In this document: positions 62,476-64,000 of the stretch, piece after piece
Numbering within the stretch: position 1 is the stretch's first letter
How the letters are laid out: each line of letters opens with the position of its first letter
NCBI GenBank assembly: GCA_024346625.1
Contig: AP024665.1
Location: 1,302,001 to 1,366,000, forward strand
Length of the DNA: 64,000 nucleotides
Source of the DNA: Williopsis jadinii
Lineage: Eukaryota
Direction: 5' to 3'
Position numbers and translations under genes: made by a program
The notes under the pieces: model-generated
The model's database searches: none
What the model was told of the DNA's origin: nothing
The model's input: the letters and a program-made list of their open reading frames with translations, nothing else

Positions 62476-63615
62476 ATGGTTGACCCTGATAGAGTTGCCA
62501 CATCTATTATTGAAACCTTTAAGCGTTGTAAGAAAGGTACCCCCACTATACGGAAGCCGAGCAACGTTAGGGAATGGACAGTGTTATCGGGCATCGTTGT
62601 TGTTGATAAGGATACTGATGAGTACCGCCCAGTTGTTGTGACCACTGGTGTCAAGGCGCTTCCTGATAAATTCTTGTCTAAGGTCCATGGGAAGGTTCTA
62701 CACGACTGTCATGCGGAGATCTTAGCGTTAAGGGCATTCAACAAGTTTGTAGTTGAACAATGTCACAGCGACACTACTGGGTTTATCCAAAAGTGTGATT
62801 CCACAGACAACGGCTGTTTCAAATTTCGGCTTAAAGAAGGGCTAAAGATAGTTCTTTATATCAGTGAACCGCCGTGTGGTGATTGTTCACTTGAGCTCTT
62901 GTCCAACGATAGGGATAAGTGTAACGATAGTGATGTCAAATGGGATAAAGTCCATATCCTTGAAGGTGGTGTTGTTAGAGGTCGGGAATGTTTTGTGCTA
63001 AGGGGGAAAGTAAGGACTAAACCTGGTAGAAGGGACTCTCCGTTGACGTTGTCGAAGAGTTGTTCTGATAAACTCATTATGAAACAATACTGTGGAGTTT
63101 TAAATGCCCTTGTCAGTCAATTTGTCGATCCTTCGAACGCTTTCATCCATTCCGTGGTGCTGCCAAGGGACAGATGTAACGATGAAGCACTGTTTAGATG
63201 CTTTGATGGGAGACTCAAGCATGGGGCCCGTAGTTCCATCCACAAGTTTGCGACCCTAAAGACTTGCAAACGTCACGATTGGGAGAGGTTTGAAGAGGAT
63301 CAACCTCCTAGTAATTTGAGTCTTGTACACATTGAAGGTTGTCCTGATGAGGCCATTGATAATTTTGTTAAGAACGGTTTCTATTCAAAGAAGTGTCTCG
63401 TCAGACCCAGAGGTGAAAGCTGTCTCTCCAGGGTATCGTTATTCAAGAGGTGTAAACCGTTCCTCGCCTTGGACGAGACAGGGTGTACGACGTATATCGA
63501 AGTGAAGAGAAGAAACCTGGAGTACTATGCAAAGAGAGAGGTTGCGAAAAGAGACCTCGGGGCCTGGAATAGCACAAGTACTGATGACTTTGTTCTTGAT
63601 TTGTTAACGCCATAA
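62476..63615 (+). CDS. TAD1: tRNA-specific adenosine-37 deaminase (ADAT1)
   Basis: REWTVLSG, TGVKALP, LHDCHAEILALRAFN, YISEPPCGD, RTKPGRRDS..SKSCSDKL. The upstream ATG 62419 overlaps a PAC motif (GATGAG), so 62476 is preferred. Confidence 0.93.
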   Translation: MVDPDRVATSIIETFKRCKKGTPTIRKPSNVREWTVLSGIVVVDKDTDEYRPVVVTTGVKALPDKFLSKVHGKVLHDCHAEILALRAFNKFVVEQCHSDTTGFIQKCDSTDNGCFKFRLKEGLKIVLYISEPPCGDCSLELLSNDRDKCNDSDVKWDKVHILEGGVVRGRECFVLRGKVRTKPGRRDSPLTLSKSCSDKLIMKQYCGVLNALVSQFVDPSNAFIHSVVLPRDRCNDEALFRCFDGRLKHGARSSIHKFATLKTCKRHDWERFEEDQPPSNLSLVHIEGCPDEAIDNFVKNGFYSKKCLVRPRGESCLSRVSLFKRCKPFLALDETGCTTYIEVKRRNLEYYAKREVAKRDLGAWNSTSTDDFVLDLLTP

Positions 63616-64000
63616 GTCACTTTGGTTGCACACATCTCATCCCCGTGTAAAATTCCCCCATCTCTCAGAAAACCTACGGTATTAATATGCATGGAATGTT
63701 CTTAGGACTGCGTCAGTGTGCATAAACGAGACTAATAGTCCCTCCATGTGTTGTTTTTCTGTAGGGTTCGGAAACTGTGTGGGAATCAATGGGAGGTTGG
63801 TTGGTACTTGAGCTCTGGTTAATGGCTGTTAGTGTTCCATCTGGTGTCACTGTTCTGTCCGATGTCACTGTTCAATCTGGTGGCCTGTGTGAACCTGTTG
63901 TGTGTGGATGTCTTAGAGCGAGTGTATAGGAGCAAATACACACGAGCAATCATCCAAGAGCATTGGTGCTGCTCCACTTGCCGAGACATCCCTATGGCAA

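Noticed and set aside
63616..64000. Partial gene or repeat element at the right edge (TGTCACTGTTC twice)
   Set aside because: No sustained ORF or recognisable family within the visible sequence.

Overview
A gene-dense, moderately intron-rich budding-yeast (Saccharomycotina) chromosomal segment. CTG occurs at conserved hydrophobic positions, so it uses the standard code. Gene content (SERCA pump, mARC/MOSC protein, Iec1-like zinc finger) fits a non-Saccharomycetaceae CUG-Leu lineage such as Phaffomycetaceae (inference). It holds about 28 protein-coding genes: IEC1-like, FCF2, KAP95, RTT105-like, ATP16, CAX4, SAS4, CSN9, NVJ3, PUS5, SCC2, PUF6, CDC15, RPL26, YLR345W-like, SDH4, RIM15, mARC, MPS1, SERCA, AIM11, CMC2, PUP3, PRX1, SEF1, RAD51, YEL1, KIP1 and TAD1. 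There are two tRNA genes (Arg-CCG, eMet-CAT). The main accessory feature is an intact Mutator-like (MULE) DDE transposase ORF with no recognisable TIRs. It faces a 2-kb ORF-less gap that carries three or four consecutive short introns on the minus strand, suggesting a hidden spliced transcript. Other notable signals are a +1 frame break in SEF1 at CTT-GGG-T, a YEL1 start codon apparently split by an intron (AT|G), a 5'UTR intron in KAP95, and an RPL26 promoter carrying both Tbf1/Cbf1 and Rap1-type sites. All homology calls are from motif recognition by eye; no searches were run.
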